Source: Octopus vulgaris (lineage: Eukaryota). Taken from it: DNA of 64,000 nt. Under the pieces are notes generated by a model that saw only the letters and a program-made list of their open reading frames with translations, was not told the DNA's origin and ran no database searches. Shown piece after piece: positions 12,182-23,229 of the stretch. Every line of letters starts with the position of its first letter. Position 1 is the stretch's first letter. A program made the position numbers and the translations under genes. The stretch covers positions 120,156,001-120,220,000 of the forward strand of contig OX597815.1 of assembly GCA_951406725.2 (NCBI GenBank), written 5' to 3'.

Positions 12182-13428
12182 ACATTCATCATTATAACCA
12201 ACAGGGTGTCAGAGACAAAAAAGAAAGACTTAAGAGTTAAAGTGAGGAGATGAGTAGAAGATGCAACAGCATCATGATCTACTTGTAATGAGGCAGCAAA
12301 GATTAATCTGGAACGCAACTTGCAGCATTACTTTTTCCAGCAGCAATCTGATAAAACTGATGCCAGAAACAGCTTCACAATGCACAACGAGAAAGTTGCA
12401 AGCTGACAATATGTTGGCTGTTCCCAGATAGGTTTCTTTACAAAGTTATAACGGTGCTAATGTCTGATGTCCTGTGTCACAACACTCAGCCTGAGTGGGA
12501 TAGGGATTGCCACCCACATGAGTAAATCCTGCAAGATGGAATAACTCAAGTGTTCATTGAGGAAATATATTTGTCCTATTGTCTGTTGAGGCCACAAAAA
12601 ATTTGCATGGCTTGTAATCATCATCATCATCATCACTTTAATGCCTACTCTTCCATGCTGGCACGGATCAGATAGAAGTTGTTGAGGTAGATTTTCAACA
12701 GCCAGATACCCCTGCTGTCACGAACAGACAAGTGTTTCCAAGTAAGGTAATATTTCACCATGTCCAGACCCAGACCTGGTTTCACAGAAGAATAGAAACA
12801 AAGACTACTTGTATGATGGTGAAGCTTGTTTACAACTACCACATGATGTCAAGACAAGAAGACAGTAACACACATATACACACCACACAAACAAATTTCT
12901 CTCAGTTTCTGTCTACCAAGTCCACAAAGCTTTGGTCAGCCTGGGGCCATAGTAGATGACACTTGCCCAAGGTGTCACGTACAGGAACTGAACACAAAAT
13001 GCAGAACAAACACCTTACCACACAGTCATGTCTGTATGAAATACATTGCTAATGAAAACTGTTAAAATGTTCTCTTAAAATAGTTACGAAAGAGTTGCAA
13101 CAAAGAGTATCTACATAAACTCTACAATAATGTTAACTTGATGTAGTTTACAAAACAAATCTATGAAAACACCAATGCTGTACGCACTTCATGAACATCT
13201 GGCGTTGTACTTAAAATACTCATAAAATTGCTGAAAATATAATCCTCACTAATTTAAGCAAAATGCCAGTGATTTTAAGGGGAAGGGCTAATTTGATACC
13301 ATTAACTCCAGTATTTGAGTGGTACTTTATTTTATTAAGCTTAGAAGGATAAAAAACAAAACTGATTTTGGCTAAATTTGAAATCAGAACACAAACGATT
13401 CTACGAGTTGACTGTCTTATTAAAAATA

Positions 13429-13628
13429 TTGGGTTGGTGCATAAATATTGTGGCTTTTTTCAATAAAAAGATCTGTAAATGACAGTCTGACTGTCTGCCA
13501 AGCAAATGGGAAGCAGTAATTGAAGTAGATGGTGGATATGCTCTGGAATAATCAGTTAAAGATGTTTTTGTTACATGTTGTTATTGTTTTTGTTGAAAAA
13601 AAGTCACAGTAATTATACACCAACCCAA
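13429..13628 (+). mobile_element. Mariner-derived MITE (ttgggttggtgca TIR type), present only in duplication unit 1
   Basis: TA-ttgggttggtgcataaatattgtggctttt ... aaaagtcacagtaattatacaccaacccaa-TA. The interior reads LPSKWEAVIEVDGGY. The paralogous site in unit 2 (~14585) is empty. Confidence 0.9.
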
Positions 13629-13857
13629 TAATAATCTTTTGTAATTTTGGGACAAGACCAGCAATTCTGAGGGAAGTGTGAGTCAATTATATCAACCCCA
13701 GTATCTGACTGGTACTTATTTTATTGATCCCAAAAGGAGGAAGGGCAAAGTTGATCTCAGAGCATAGAACTGGAAGAAATGTTATGCATTTTGCCTGACA
13801 TGCGAACTATTTTTCTAGCTTGCTGTTTTTACGTTGAAAATAATAAGAAATGGTTAC

Positions 13858-13896
13858 TTTTCAGGAATTCTTTGCTCCATTTTTCTTCTTTCATCT
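13858..13896 (-). CDS. Torsin-like gene, 39-nt exon with probable start codon (ATG at 13880)
   Basis: tttctttttgccag|AGATGAAAGAAGAAAAATGGAGCAAAGAATTCCTGAAAA|gtaacc, with aaaATGG context. Spliced CDS = 23+34+942 = 999 nt, a 332-aa protein MEQRIPENKHHDSKLKRGKKAAKVKEYPKF... Confidence 0.68.
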
Positions 13897-14822
13897 CTGG
13901 CAAAAAGAAAAAAAAAGAAATTCTTTTAAAACAATAAATGTTTTTGTAGAAATAAAAAGGAAATAAAAAAACTACCATGAAACTTGATTTATAAAATGGT
14001 TAAGAGTGCCATGTACAAAGTGAAAACAGAACTATTTTTTCCAAATATTTTTGAGTAAATGTTGGATATTGTTAGATATTGGAGGTAAAATTGGCAGACT
14101 TTAAGACAGCTATTCCTAAAGTCTACCACAGAATTTGATTTTTTATTCCACAAATTCCAAGTCTCTAATGTTCAAAATGGCTTTAAGAAATGATGACTGT
14201 TAAAATGTTCTCTAAAAATAATTAGGAACGTTGAGTTTTAAAATCTACATTAATACAAGTGAGTTGCAACAAATATGACAGTATCACCATAAATCCCACA
14301 ATAAGGTTAACTTGATGTAGTATAAGAAAAACATTTACACTCTTCTCGTCTTTGCAAAAAATAATGTAGTTGATACAACACGAACATGGGGGTACCTGGT
14401 GTTGTAGTTAAAATACTCATAAAACTGCAGAAAGCATAATTCTCACTAATTTAGGCCAGCAATTTTAAGGGGTAGGAGTAATTTGATACCATCGATCCTG
14501 AAAGAATGAGAGACGAAGCTGACCTTGGCCAAATTTGAAATCAGAACATAAACGATTCTACTAGCTGGTTATCTTATTAAAGATAATAATAATCTCTTCT
14601 AATTTTGGAACAAGACCAGCAATTCTGAGGGAAGTGTGAATCAATGATATCAGCCTCTGTATCCAACTGGTACTTATTTTATTGACCCCAAAGACAAAGC
14701 TGACCTCCATAGAATTTGAACTCAGAACATAGAGCCGGAAGAAATGTTATACCTTTTGACTGACATGCCACCTATTTTTCCAGCTTGCTGCCGTTATGTT
14801 GAAACTAATAAGAAATTATTAC

Positions 14823-14903
14823 TTTTCATGAATTCTTTGATCAATATCTCTAAAGTTGAAATTCTTGAAACTAGAGACAGCAGTAAAGAATCTTGTTGCA
14901 TCT
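14823..14903 (-). other. Duplicated paralogous 81-nt exon of the torsin-like gene (5'UTR or alternative coding exon)
   Basis: ttttcttttcgtcag|AGATGCAACA...GATCAAAGAATTCATGAAAA|gtaata. It shares both ends with the 39-nt exon, is open in the torsin frame (DATRFFTAVSSFKNFNFRDIDQRIHE), and has ATT at the homologous ATG position. Confidence 0.5.
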
Positions 14904-15099
14904 CTGACGAAAAGAAAAAAAAATTCTTTTAAAACATTAAACTTTTTTGCAGAAATAAATAGGAAATAAAAAGCCCATAAAACTTAATTTATAAAATAGT
15001 TAAGAGGGCCAAGTGCAAAGTGAAAACGGAAGTATTTCTTTCTAAAATATTTTTGACTAAATGACAGATACTGGAAGTAAACGTGGCAGACGTTCGGTA

Positions 15100-15669
15100 C
15101 GGAGGTAAAGAATACGCACACCACCAGTTTTCGGCGTAACAAAAATCCTAACAGAACCCAGGGCTAATGCAGTTTCGCACCTCCCCTTGAAAAATGCATT
15201 AAAAAAAAATTTCTGATTCCTACATTTTAGATGTCGGAGATTACAAATATGCAAAAAAAAAAATTTATTCATAAAATCTATTTGTCAACTAAATGTGGCT
15301 GTCCAATAGAAGACGGTGTTAATGTTGTTTTTAGCTCCAGAAAGACATTCATATCTATCTATCCCTTTATGCCCCTATCTATATGCTTATTGAATTTAAA
15401 AGTTCCAAAACGTGGTTTCTTGCATATCCGGAGTCTCCGTCATCTAAAATATAAGGGGTAAATATTTCGAAAAAGTTCACAAAATTTTAAACGGGAGTGA
15501 GGAGTGGTGGTTGGGGGTATTTATTTATTTGTTTTGCATATTCGTAATCTCCAACATCTAAAACGTAGGAATCTGAAAAAAAAAATGCATTTTTCAAGGA
15601 GGCGCGAAACTGCATTAGCTCCCACAACCCCTAACCCTGAACACCGGGTGTGCGTATTCTTTATTTTCG
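15100..15669. mobile_element. Long-TIR foldback/MITE, present only in duplication unit 2
   Basis: taaagaatacgcacacc (15106-15122) and its reverse complement (15647-15663); gctaatgcagtttcgc..tgaaaaatgcat..gattcctac.ttttagatgt.ggagattac.aatatgcaaaa is mirrored at 15530-15620. Confidence 0.88.
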
Positions 15670-15799
15670 CCACTTTATAGCTGTTTCTAAAGTCTACCGC
15701 AGAATTTAATTAAAGTAAAAGTTCAACACTGGAGAAAAGCGAGAACATTTTTTTTTTTTTTCACAACGGTTTCAAATTCATTTCTTGTTTAAACTTCAA

Positions 15800-16041
15800 G
15801 GCAGCAAAATATATCTTTTTGTAAACGTTGGATCTTGAAACAAATAAGTTATAAATAACAGAATGTAAATATTTGATTAAAAGCAGTGTGGATAGAAGAA
15901 ATCGAAGGCTGTCCCACAGAAAAAGCTGCGGCTATTCCATGGGCAGCTTTCAACTTGCTCTATCTAAGTATTCACACGCTATTATATATAGCTTATCTGT
16001 TTCAAGATCCAATGTTTCAAAAGAGTATTTCAATTCCTGCC
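15800..16041. repeat. ~240-bp imperfect palindrome (hairpin MITE)
   Basis: aaacgttggatcttgaaacaaataagttata mirrors tatagcttatctgtttcaagatccaatgttt; inner arms are tcgaaggctgtcccacagaa / ttccatgggcagctttcaa. Confidence 0.85.
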
Positions 16042-16390
16042 GCTGATAAATAGATACGCATTGACTGAGGGTTCATTCAACGAGACTAAGTGCTTGCCAA
16101 AACGAATTTAGTATTGAGTCTTCTCACCAATAATTGTTTGGCTGTTTACATAACAAAACAAAGTTGCAGCAGTATAGTAATTTATCTTGAAAACATTTTT
16201 ACTCACAGTGAGAGTGACAAACACAATAAGAATGAAATGTGTGTTGAAACTTTAACTTACACGGTGTTATGATTTTCACCGTTCAAGTCCGGCTTTTAAT
16301 TTCCTCAACTTTATAGAAGGGAGAAAACTCGGTTAATATAAAGATCTTTCACCCATTAAAAAATAACCCAGCCAGCTGGGTGTTAACAAC

Positions 16391-17898
16391 TGTGTAGAAA
16401 ATGAATAGGACAAAAAAAATTTCCGCAAACGAACCTGGGTGGGGGGACTTTCGGAAAATTCACAAGATCCGATTTTCCCGTCATAACTTTCGGGAAAATG
16501 GATATATATATATATATTTACGGAATCCTATGTTTTTGGTTATGGAGGATCCGATTCTGGAAAAGAAAATTTTCAAAAATCGCATTTTCAAAATTTCAAT
16601 TCTCCGGCTTTGACCTTCAAGCAGGCTATCAACATGCTAGAAATAACAGCAAAATCTCACAAAACTGCGATAACATAATGAAAGGAATATGTAATCAATC
16701 TACTCACCTTTCTGTAAAAATTTCTTTCAGAGTAATTTTCCGCAGTAATATGACAAAGTAATTCACGTGAAATTAAAGGTTTTTTTTTTTTTAAACTTTT
16801 TTCGAATTTTTTCTTTCAATCAATCTACGTGGGAAAATACGGAGATTAAAGATATGGAAAAAATAAACACAAATTCAAATTTTTTATGAAAAACCCCGAC
16901 CCAAAATTCCTCCCACCCTCACCGCTTCTAAAAGTGAAAACGAATGGTTGTTTTGTCTGTTTCTGCATGCGTTATAGTGAAACAGTAAAAGGATCGCAGC
17001 AGCGCCCGGTCACTAAAACGAAAAAAAACCCGTCTAATAGGTGTTCATTATGTTATCGCAGTTGTGTGAGATTTGGCTGTTATTTCTAGCATGTGGATAG
17101 CCTGCTTGAAGGCCAAGGCCATAAATTGGCGGGGGTGGGTGGGGTTATATATATATATATTGTCGAAAAATTGAAATTTTGCAAACAAATTTTTTTCAGA
17201 ATCCTAGTCTTCGTATTTTTCTACATATTTCGTGAAAAAAAAAAAAAAATTTCCGGAAAAAGTGAAAAATGAGGAGAAAAGGGGGAAATTGAAGTTTTAT
17301 CCTGTTTCTGTCAATGGACTGCGGCGAAGTTGGGGTACCACACTGAAAGCTTTAATCAAACAGGATCTAGTTTAACGCTCGGTCACCAAAACGAAAAATT
17401 TAAAAAAAAAAAGTCTAATTGGTGTAATAAACGTGTAGAAAACAAATATGAAAAAAATTTGCGCAAACATACATGTACGTCTTGGTTGGTAATTATTTGA
17501 CAGCAACGATTCGAGAGAGGAAAGTATAACATGGTTGGCTCCCACCCCACCCTCGTTCGTTTGCACAAATGTTCTTTTTTTTTCATATTAGTTTTCTACA
17601 CATTTTTTTACCGGTCGCTAAACTAGATCCTGAAAGTTATGAGAGGAAAAAACGGACCGTGTGAACTTCCCGACAGCCCTCTCCCCACCCCTTCGGAAAA
17701 CATCTTCCCCCCTCAAATCTCTTTATAATTGTAATTTGTGCCATTTGAACGGTATTTCTACAAAATTTCATGAACATATATCCATTTTCCTGAAAGTTAC
17801 GAGGGAAAAATCGGATCTTGTGAATTTTCTGAAAGTCCTCACCCCCACCCATCCCCATTCGTTTGCGCAATTTTTTTTTTCATATTCGTTTTCCACAC
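16391..17898. mobile_element. Composite/nested foldback element
   Basis: Outer ~115-bp IRs at 16391-16507 and 17776-17898. Inner 77-bp IR at 16606-16682 / 17044-17120 (5 mismatches by eye). A further IR unit at 17361-17632 has caggatctagttta ends. Confidence 0.85.
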
Positions 17899-19214
17899 TT
17901 TTTTTTTTACATATAGTAGGCTGAGTTTTTTTTTATGTTAACGGGTCTCAAACTGTATATGGACCTTTTTTTTCTTTCTTTGTTCGCATATTGTCTCATT
18001 GTTTTTTCGCTAGGCTATTTTTCTTGTAGATTCTCTGTTCCTTTGAGGTATCTGGTGAGAATGGTGGTAGTTTTTCAGAAATTTACGATTCAAAAATAGC
18101 GCGCTTGGATATATTTTCATTGGCGAAGGAGGAATATTAGCAGCTCCGATTTCCAACTGTTTTCTTTTACCAGTTGTAAACTAAAAACAAAATACAAACA
18201 AAAACCAGAACACAAACATTAATGTTATCAATTTTCTTAGGAAACAAACAGTAATGATATCTACTTAGTGTTTTAAACGCACGAAACATGTAGTTTATAA
18301 AAGGGCAGTATTGATCTAGTGTTACAAAGTAACCATACTTCTTATATAGATGTCTTGATAGATTATATACAAACACCTACAAAATGCCTTTCCTCCTCCA
18401 CTACAAACATTACTAATTATTTCTCTTGTAGGAAAGACTTATTTGGCATAGATGTGCCTTGAAAAACCACATCAGTATCCGTGACTGCTTTCCAGTGGAA
18501 TTCGAGTGGCATAGAGGGGTTTTTTTTGGGGGGGGGGGGTGCTTCGTTGTATGCTTGGAGTATGTGTCATTTTAATGAATTTTATTTGGCCAGTCCAAAT
18601 GCTCGTACATTACCGTTAGTTTGGTAATATTAGAATGCAATTTTATCCTTTCTGAAAATTGGTCTGTAACACCTGTGTTCAAGTCATAGATGTCAAAATC
18701 ACAAGTTTTAACAAGACTCTTCACACAGCTGAGTGCAGTGTGACTTTCAAAGGTGATGTTTACGTTTGGCATGGAATAGTTATTGAGATATACTTTGGTT
18801 ATAAAAATTGGTATTTTTTTCTTATTTAAGACATGATTCTTTAGTTTACATCATTAGGTGTTGCGTTGTTTCGAAATACTTTCGAAGAATGTTAATCTAC
18901 TGCTTCCAAGTGAATGCTATTGATCTTGATGGTGGAATATCTGTTGACACGCTCGCCTTCATTCTCACGAAAACCAGGTAATCAAGCAACCCAGAAAAAT
19001 TTATCAAATCGCTTTGCTATTTATACAAGACAGAATTCCAGTTGTTTTGAGATCCCTATTTTGAATGTTTATATTACGGAGATCTACTTGCATAACAAGA
19101 GTTTTGATCTGAGATCGTGTATTGGAACTAAAACGATAGTAACGTGGAAGACACAAGTTAGCCATTTAGAAACACACTTGGACTGTTAACGCCACTTAAA
19201 CATTTACTCCTGCT

Positions 19215-19779
19215 GGAAAGACTTCCGTCCATCACCCCACCCAACTTTCCCCAAAATTTGTTTATTTAAAAAAATTTTTTGCCAAAAATCCCCGTTTTCG
19301 GATACGGAGGTTCCGGAAAATTGCCAAAAATCGACATTATGAAATTTCCCGCCCCTTTTCCCCCTACCAACTTCTTCAATTTTGACTTTTTTCCTCAACA
19401 CTAACCCTAAAACTCTAACCCTCTAATCTTAACCCTAAAACCCTAACCGTAAGTACAGAAATGTTTTGAAATTTTTGTCCGAATCATAATGTCCGTATTT
19501 TTCCGCATATTTAGAAAAAAAAAAAATTCTACAAAAACTTTTGGAAATTTTTTTCAGAATCATAATCTCCGTACTTTTCCGCATATTTTGTAAAAACAAA
19601 ATCTGAAAAAAAGTAAAAAACTAAGGCATTAGGGGTAGGGGTGGTTTTTTTAAAATGCCGATTTTTGCCAATTTTTTTTTTCCGATTCGTGTTCCCCATA
19701 GCAGAAAAGAGGGGTTCGTGTCGAAAAAAAATTTTTTTAAGGGCGGTTTTGGGGTGGGGGGACGGGCGGAAGTCTTGCC
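19215..19779. mobile_element. Long-TIR non-autonomous DNA transposon (MULE/foldback-like) with 8-bp TSD
   Basis: TSD ctcctgct at 19207-19214 and 19780-19787; termini gg(a/c)aagacttccg(t/c)cc. The interior has telomere-like (ccctaa) variants at 19401-19449 and a ~55-bp direct repeat at 19468-19597. Confidence 0.9.
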
Positions 19780-20205
19780 CTCCTGCTCTCCAGGAATACA
19801 AAAACAATCATTGTGGTAGAACTCACAGTGCCCTGGGAATACAGGTTTGATATTTCCTACCAGGTAAAGAAAGCAAAATATCAAGACTTCGTCGACGAGG
19901 CCCTTGTCAACGGATGGCATGTGGCCTCATTTCCTACTGAAGTCGGCTACTGTGGGTTTCCATCTAGATCAGTGTGCTATTTTTTTTTTTTTACAGAAGA
20001 TAGGTCTGGAACCCAGACAACTGAAGAGAGCCATCAAAGAAATAGACACGGCAGATGAAACTAGCTGAAGATGGCTTTGGTTGATAAGAGATCGCAAGTG
20101 GAACCCTTCTGTAAGAGAAAACTAGCTGAGTTCTTGCTGTCCCATTCAGGTAAAGCGCACAGCATAAGATGCGAAACGCTTATGACTCTGAGATACTTGC
20201 TGACC
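19780..20205 (+). mobile_element. Restriction-like endonuclease (RLE) 3' fragment of a HERO/NeSL-type non-LTR retrotransposon
   Basis: Reads LLSRNTKTIIVVELTVPWE..KKAKYQDFVDEALVNGW..FPTEVGYCGF, then after a frameshift LKRAIKEI..S*RWLWLIRDRKW. The ELTVPWE/KY/EVG-GF pattern is characteristic. Confidence 0.82.
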
Positions 20206-20339
20206 ATACGGAAAGGTATCTAGCATTGTAATGGATTTAGAAGAGCTTGCAAAACCTCTGAATACTTCCAGCACTTTCAGCACGGGGAAAAAAGCATCTC
20301 CGATATTTATTTCATCTATAAGAGGTAAGTTTATATAAG

Positions 20340-20510
20340 AGGAAGTAACTCTTTCCTTACAAATTTTAACACGTGAAGCTGGTGTCGAATTAAAAAAAGG
20401 AGAGAGCGATAAAAAATATTCCGCCCGGAACTTTTCTGCATCTGGCCGATAAAATACGAAACACTATAAAGTTGCCAACTCAGTAATGTGACGTGTATTG
20501 TAAGAGAAAC
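20340..20510 (+). promoter_or_regulatory. Probable proximal promoter/5'UTR of the FAPP-like gene
   Basis: CpG-containing segment directly upstream of the ATG, with an E-box CACGTG (20370-20375), overlapping GC-box and ETS-like CCGCCCGGAA (20421-20430), and CRE-like TGACGT (20489-20494). Confidence 0.5.
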
Positions 20511-20550
20511 ATGGAGGGTACGCTTTTTAAGTGGACGAATTATTTATCGG
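20511..20550 (+). CDS. PLEKHA3: PLEKHA3/PLEKHA8 (FAPP1/FAPP2)-like PH-domain protein, exon 1
   Basis: aaacATG GAG GGT ACG CTT TTT AAG TGG ACG AAT TAT TTA TCG G|gtaagt = MEGTLFKWTNYLSG, matching the FAPP N-terminus MEGVLYKWTNYL(T/S)G. PLEKHA3 versus PLEKHA8 cannot be settled without the C-terminal (GLTP) part. Confidence 0.93.
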
Positions 20551-22648
20551 GTAAGTGACAATGTTTTAACCCTCTCTCATTTTATTTTCACTATTCGACA
20601 TTTTAGGTTTTAATATTTTATAGAAAGTGATTTTTGCATTTCTTTTGTTGTTCTTACGTGATTTCCAGATTGAAGATTTCGAGGTCATTGAAAAAAAGAT
20701 ATCTGACAGCTGAAAATGACATTACCACATAAACATTTATTGTGTTATTCATTCATACGAACTGGGGTTATGAAGAAGTTTTATTGCTAATAATTTGCTG
20801 TCTTTGTGTAATTCTTATATATTTTCGTTTATTGTTCAGTAATTGTGACCTACATTATTATTATTATTATTATGTGTGTGTATACACACACATACACATG
20901 ACTGCAACATAAATAAACGTAGTTAGTATCATATCAGCGAAGAAAATAAAGTTTTAATTTTCCCTTATGTTTTAGCATCAATTTGGAATATGTTTCTTAT
21001 CTATTCAAGTATTGGGATGAAAATAGTCAGCAGGAAGGCTATCAATTTGTTTGTTTACGTGGGTTGCATTATTATGATTTTTCTTTTAAGTGTCGCATTT
21101 TGTTACTAAGAGAAAATGACCGTCAGGCTCTCGTGTAAGCGTTTTGCATGATGTTTAACCACTGGAGTAATAAATATGTTCAGTGGGAATTGCATTTCCT
21201 AGTTGCGCCTTTTATTTTTTACTCTCTCTCTCTTTTATAACTAGTGACTATGGAGGTTTGTATTTTATTTATTTATTTTGCAAACTCGGCAAAATTTTAA
21301 TGCAAGGTGTTACTTCGCTCTTAGGAATATTTTATACTTGTAATAAATCTAATCAACCATTCAGTGCAGAAAATTTGGGTATCGATTCCCTTTGTTTTAT
21401 TTATTTATTAAGAAATGGGGTTATTTTCCTTATTTAGAAATAAGCTGTATTGCAGTCCAAGCATACGTAATTAAATTACGATTGAATTACCTTAAAAGTC
21501 GAATTAATTGAATATATTTGCATCACTTTTCCTTTCATTTCGTTTAAATACCACCATATCCATTCTAATTTACTCTATAACCTCTTTATAAACAAGACGG
21601 GTGTACATTAATCGACATCTCTTTGTCCTGTCAAATCAGCCACTTGAGTTGGCATGTCTGGTCCAATGTTTTGTAAATAATCTCTTTTTTTCCACCTCTC
21701 ATCTGTCTCCACTAGTGGGGAAATATGGATAATAACGATGATAATGACTTGTATAATAGTTTTGCGTTTTAAGGGCTGCTATTTACAATAATAATTATTA
21801 TTACGCACTCAATTGCTAATGTTTTGTAATCTGAGCTTTTTATGATATATATATATATATATATATATATAACAGTGTTGTCGTCTAAGTGTTAGATATT
21901 TTTTTTATTGATTGGTGATGGTGGAAGAGAAGCTTGTTATTGTAGCAAGAGCTCCGTTGGAAATTATGAGGGAGCATATTTGTTTCGACAATTTTTTTTT
22001 TTTTTGTATGTAAATAAACGTAGCACAGAAAATTTTCATTTCATTTAGTGTCCAGTATATCTGTGCTCTTTCTGCATTAAATTGTAAATATCTTTTTTCC
22101 TCCAGTATTTACCGCTTTAATTGACAGCATTTTCTCTTCATGTAATATTCTGGCTATGTCACCAATTTTAAATAAATTAAAACACTTGTCACAGCGGCTT
22201 TAAAACTAGCGAATAAATACGATATTTTGAGACAGTTACTTGGAGGACCTCATATTTCCTAATAAAAACCCTATCAAAGAAAGCTTTTATTTTGGAGTCT
22301 CATTTAAGTTCTTGTAGTATTGAGGCGATTTTTATCAATTTTAGAAAAAGTTCATTGTGCTTGATATAAGTCTTTTAGTAAAGTCTTAATGTTTTTCATT
22401 TACTATTTACATATTTTCTCATTATTTTTACTTAATCACAGGGAAGATACTCTGAAGCATGACAGTTCATTGTGCTTCGCAATGATATTTACCCACTCAG
22501 TTTGGCGAACTAAATAAATTCCTTCCTATAAATTAACTTGCAGATAGAGACGAATTCATTATTTTGAAATTTAAAATAAGTAGCGACACCAGATTTCTTT
22601 TAACTATGCGTACGCAACACTTTGTTGGCGACCGAACGGATATATTAT

Positions 22649-22746
22649 ATATATATAATGTTGCTGTATAAAACTGAAATGAACCGCTAAGCTGACTATA
22701 TATATAATGATGCTGTATCAAACTGAAATGAACCGGTAAGCTGACT
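22649..22746. repeat. Two-copy 49-bp tandem repeat
   Basis: atatatataatg(t/a)tgctgtat(a/c)aaactgaaatgaaccg(c/g)taagctgact x2. Confidence 0.9.
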
Positions 22747-23229
22747 CTGGTCAGCGCCCCTCTCCTATTGAATAAAAAATATAGTTTGCATCCATATTTC
22801 TTCCTTCTTTTGTATGACGGACAAATTAAAAAAACTTGAAACCATCTTCTAAGTATTGCAGTTTATCCACTTTTTTTTAACCAATTTTTCGCAGCATCTT
22901 CTTGTACGAAAACACTGACCTTAGACTGCTTTAACTGCATTTAGTTACTATCTGCATTAAATATTAGAATAGATACGGAGTTGGTTTGTCACTTGTAGCT
23001 GTGGAACCCTAACAAACTCCGTGAAACCTGCTGACACTGTTTATCAAGTTGCACATGAGCAAAAAGGATATCGTTTACTGCTATCAGCAGCAGTGGATAT
23101 TGTTTAACTGGTCTTTCATGAACTTGTAGAACATGATTCAAATCCTTCCTTGGGCTGTGACAAAGATATGGATACAGTTATCATTATTATTGTTTTTGTG
23201 CAGTGCACTTGTACTGAAATTTGAACTCA

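Larger units (their letters stand above)
13058..15707. repeat. Tandem duplication of a ~1.1-kb unit (13058..14136 and 14196..15707)
   Basis: Both units start actgttaaaatgttctct and end ctaaagtctacc(a/g)cagaattt. Internal blocks are colinear (aaaatactcataaaa, ctcactaattta, caagaccagcaattctgagg, exon, tttataaaat(g/a)gttaagag). Confidence 0.92.
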
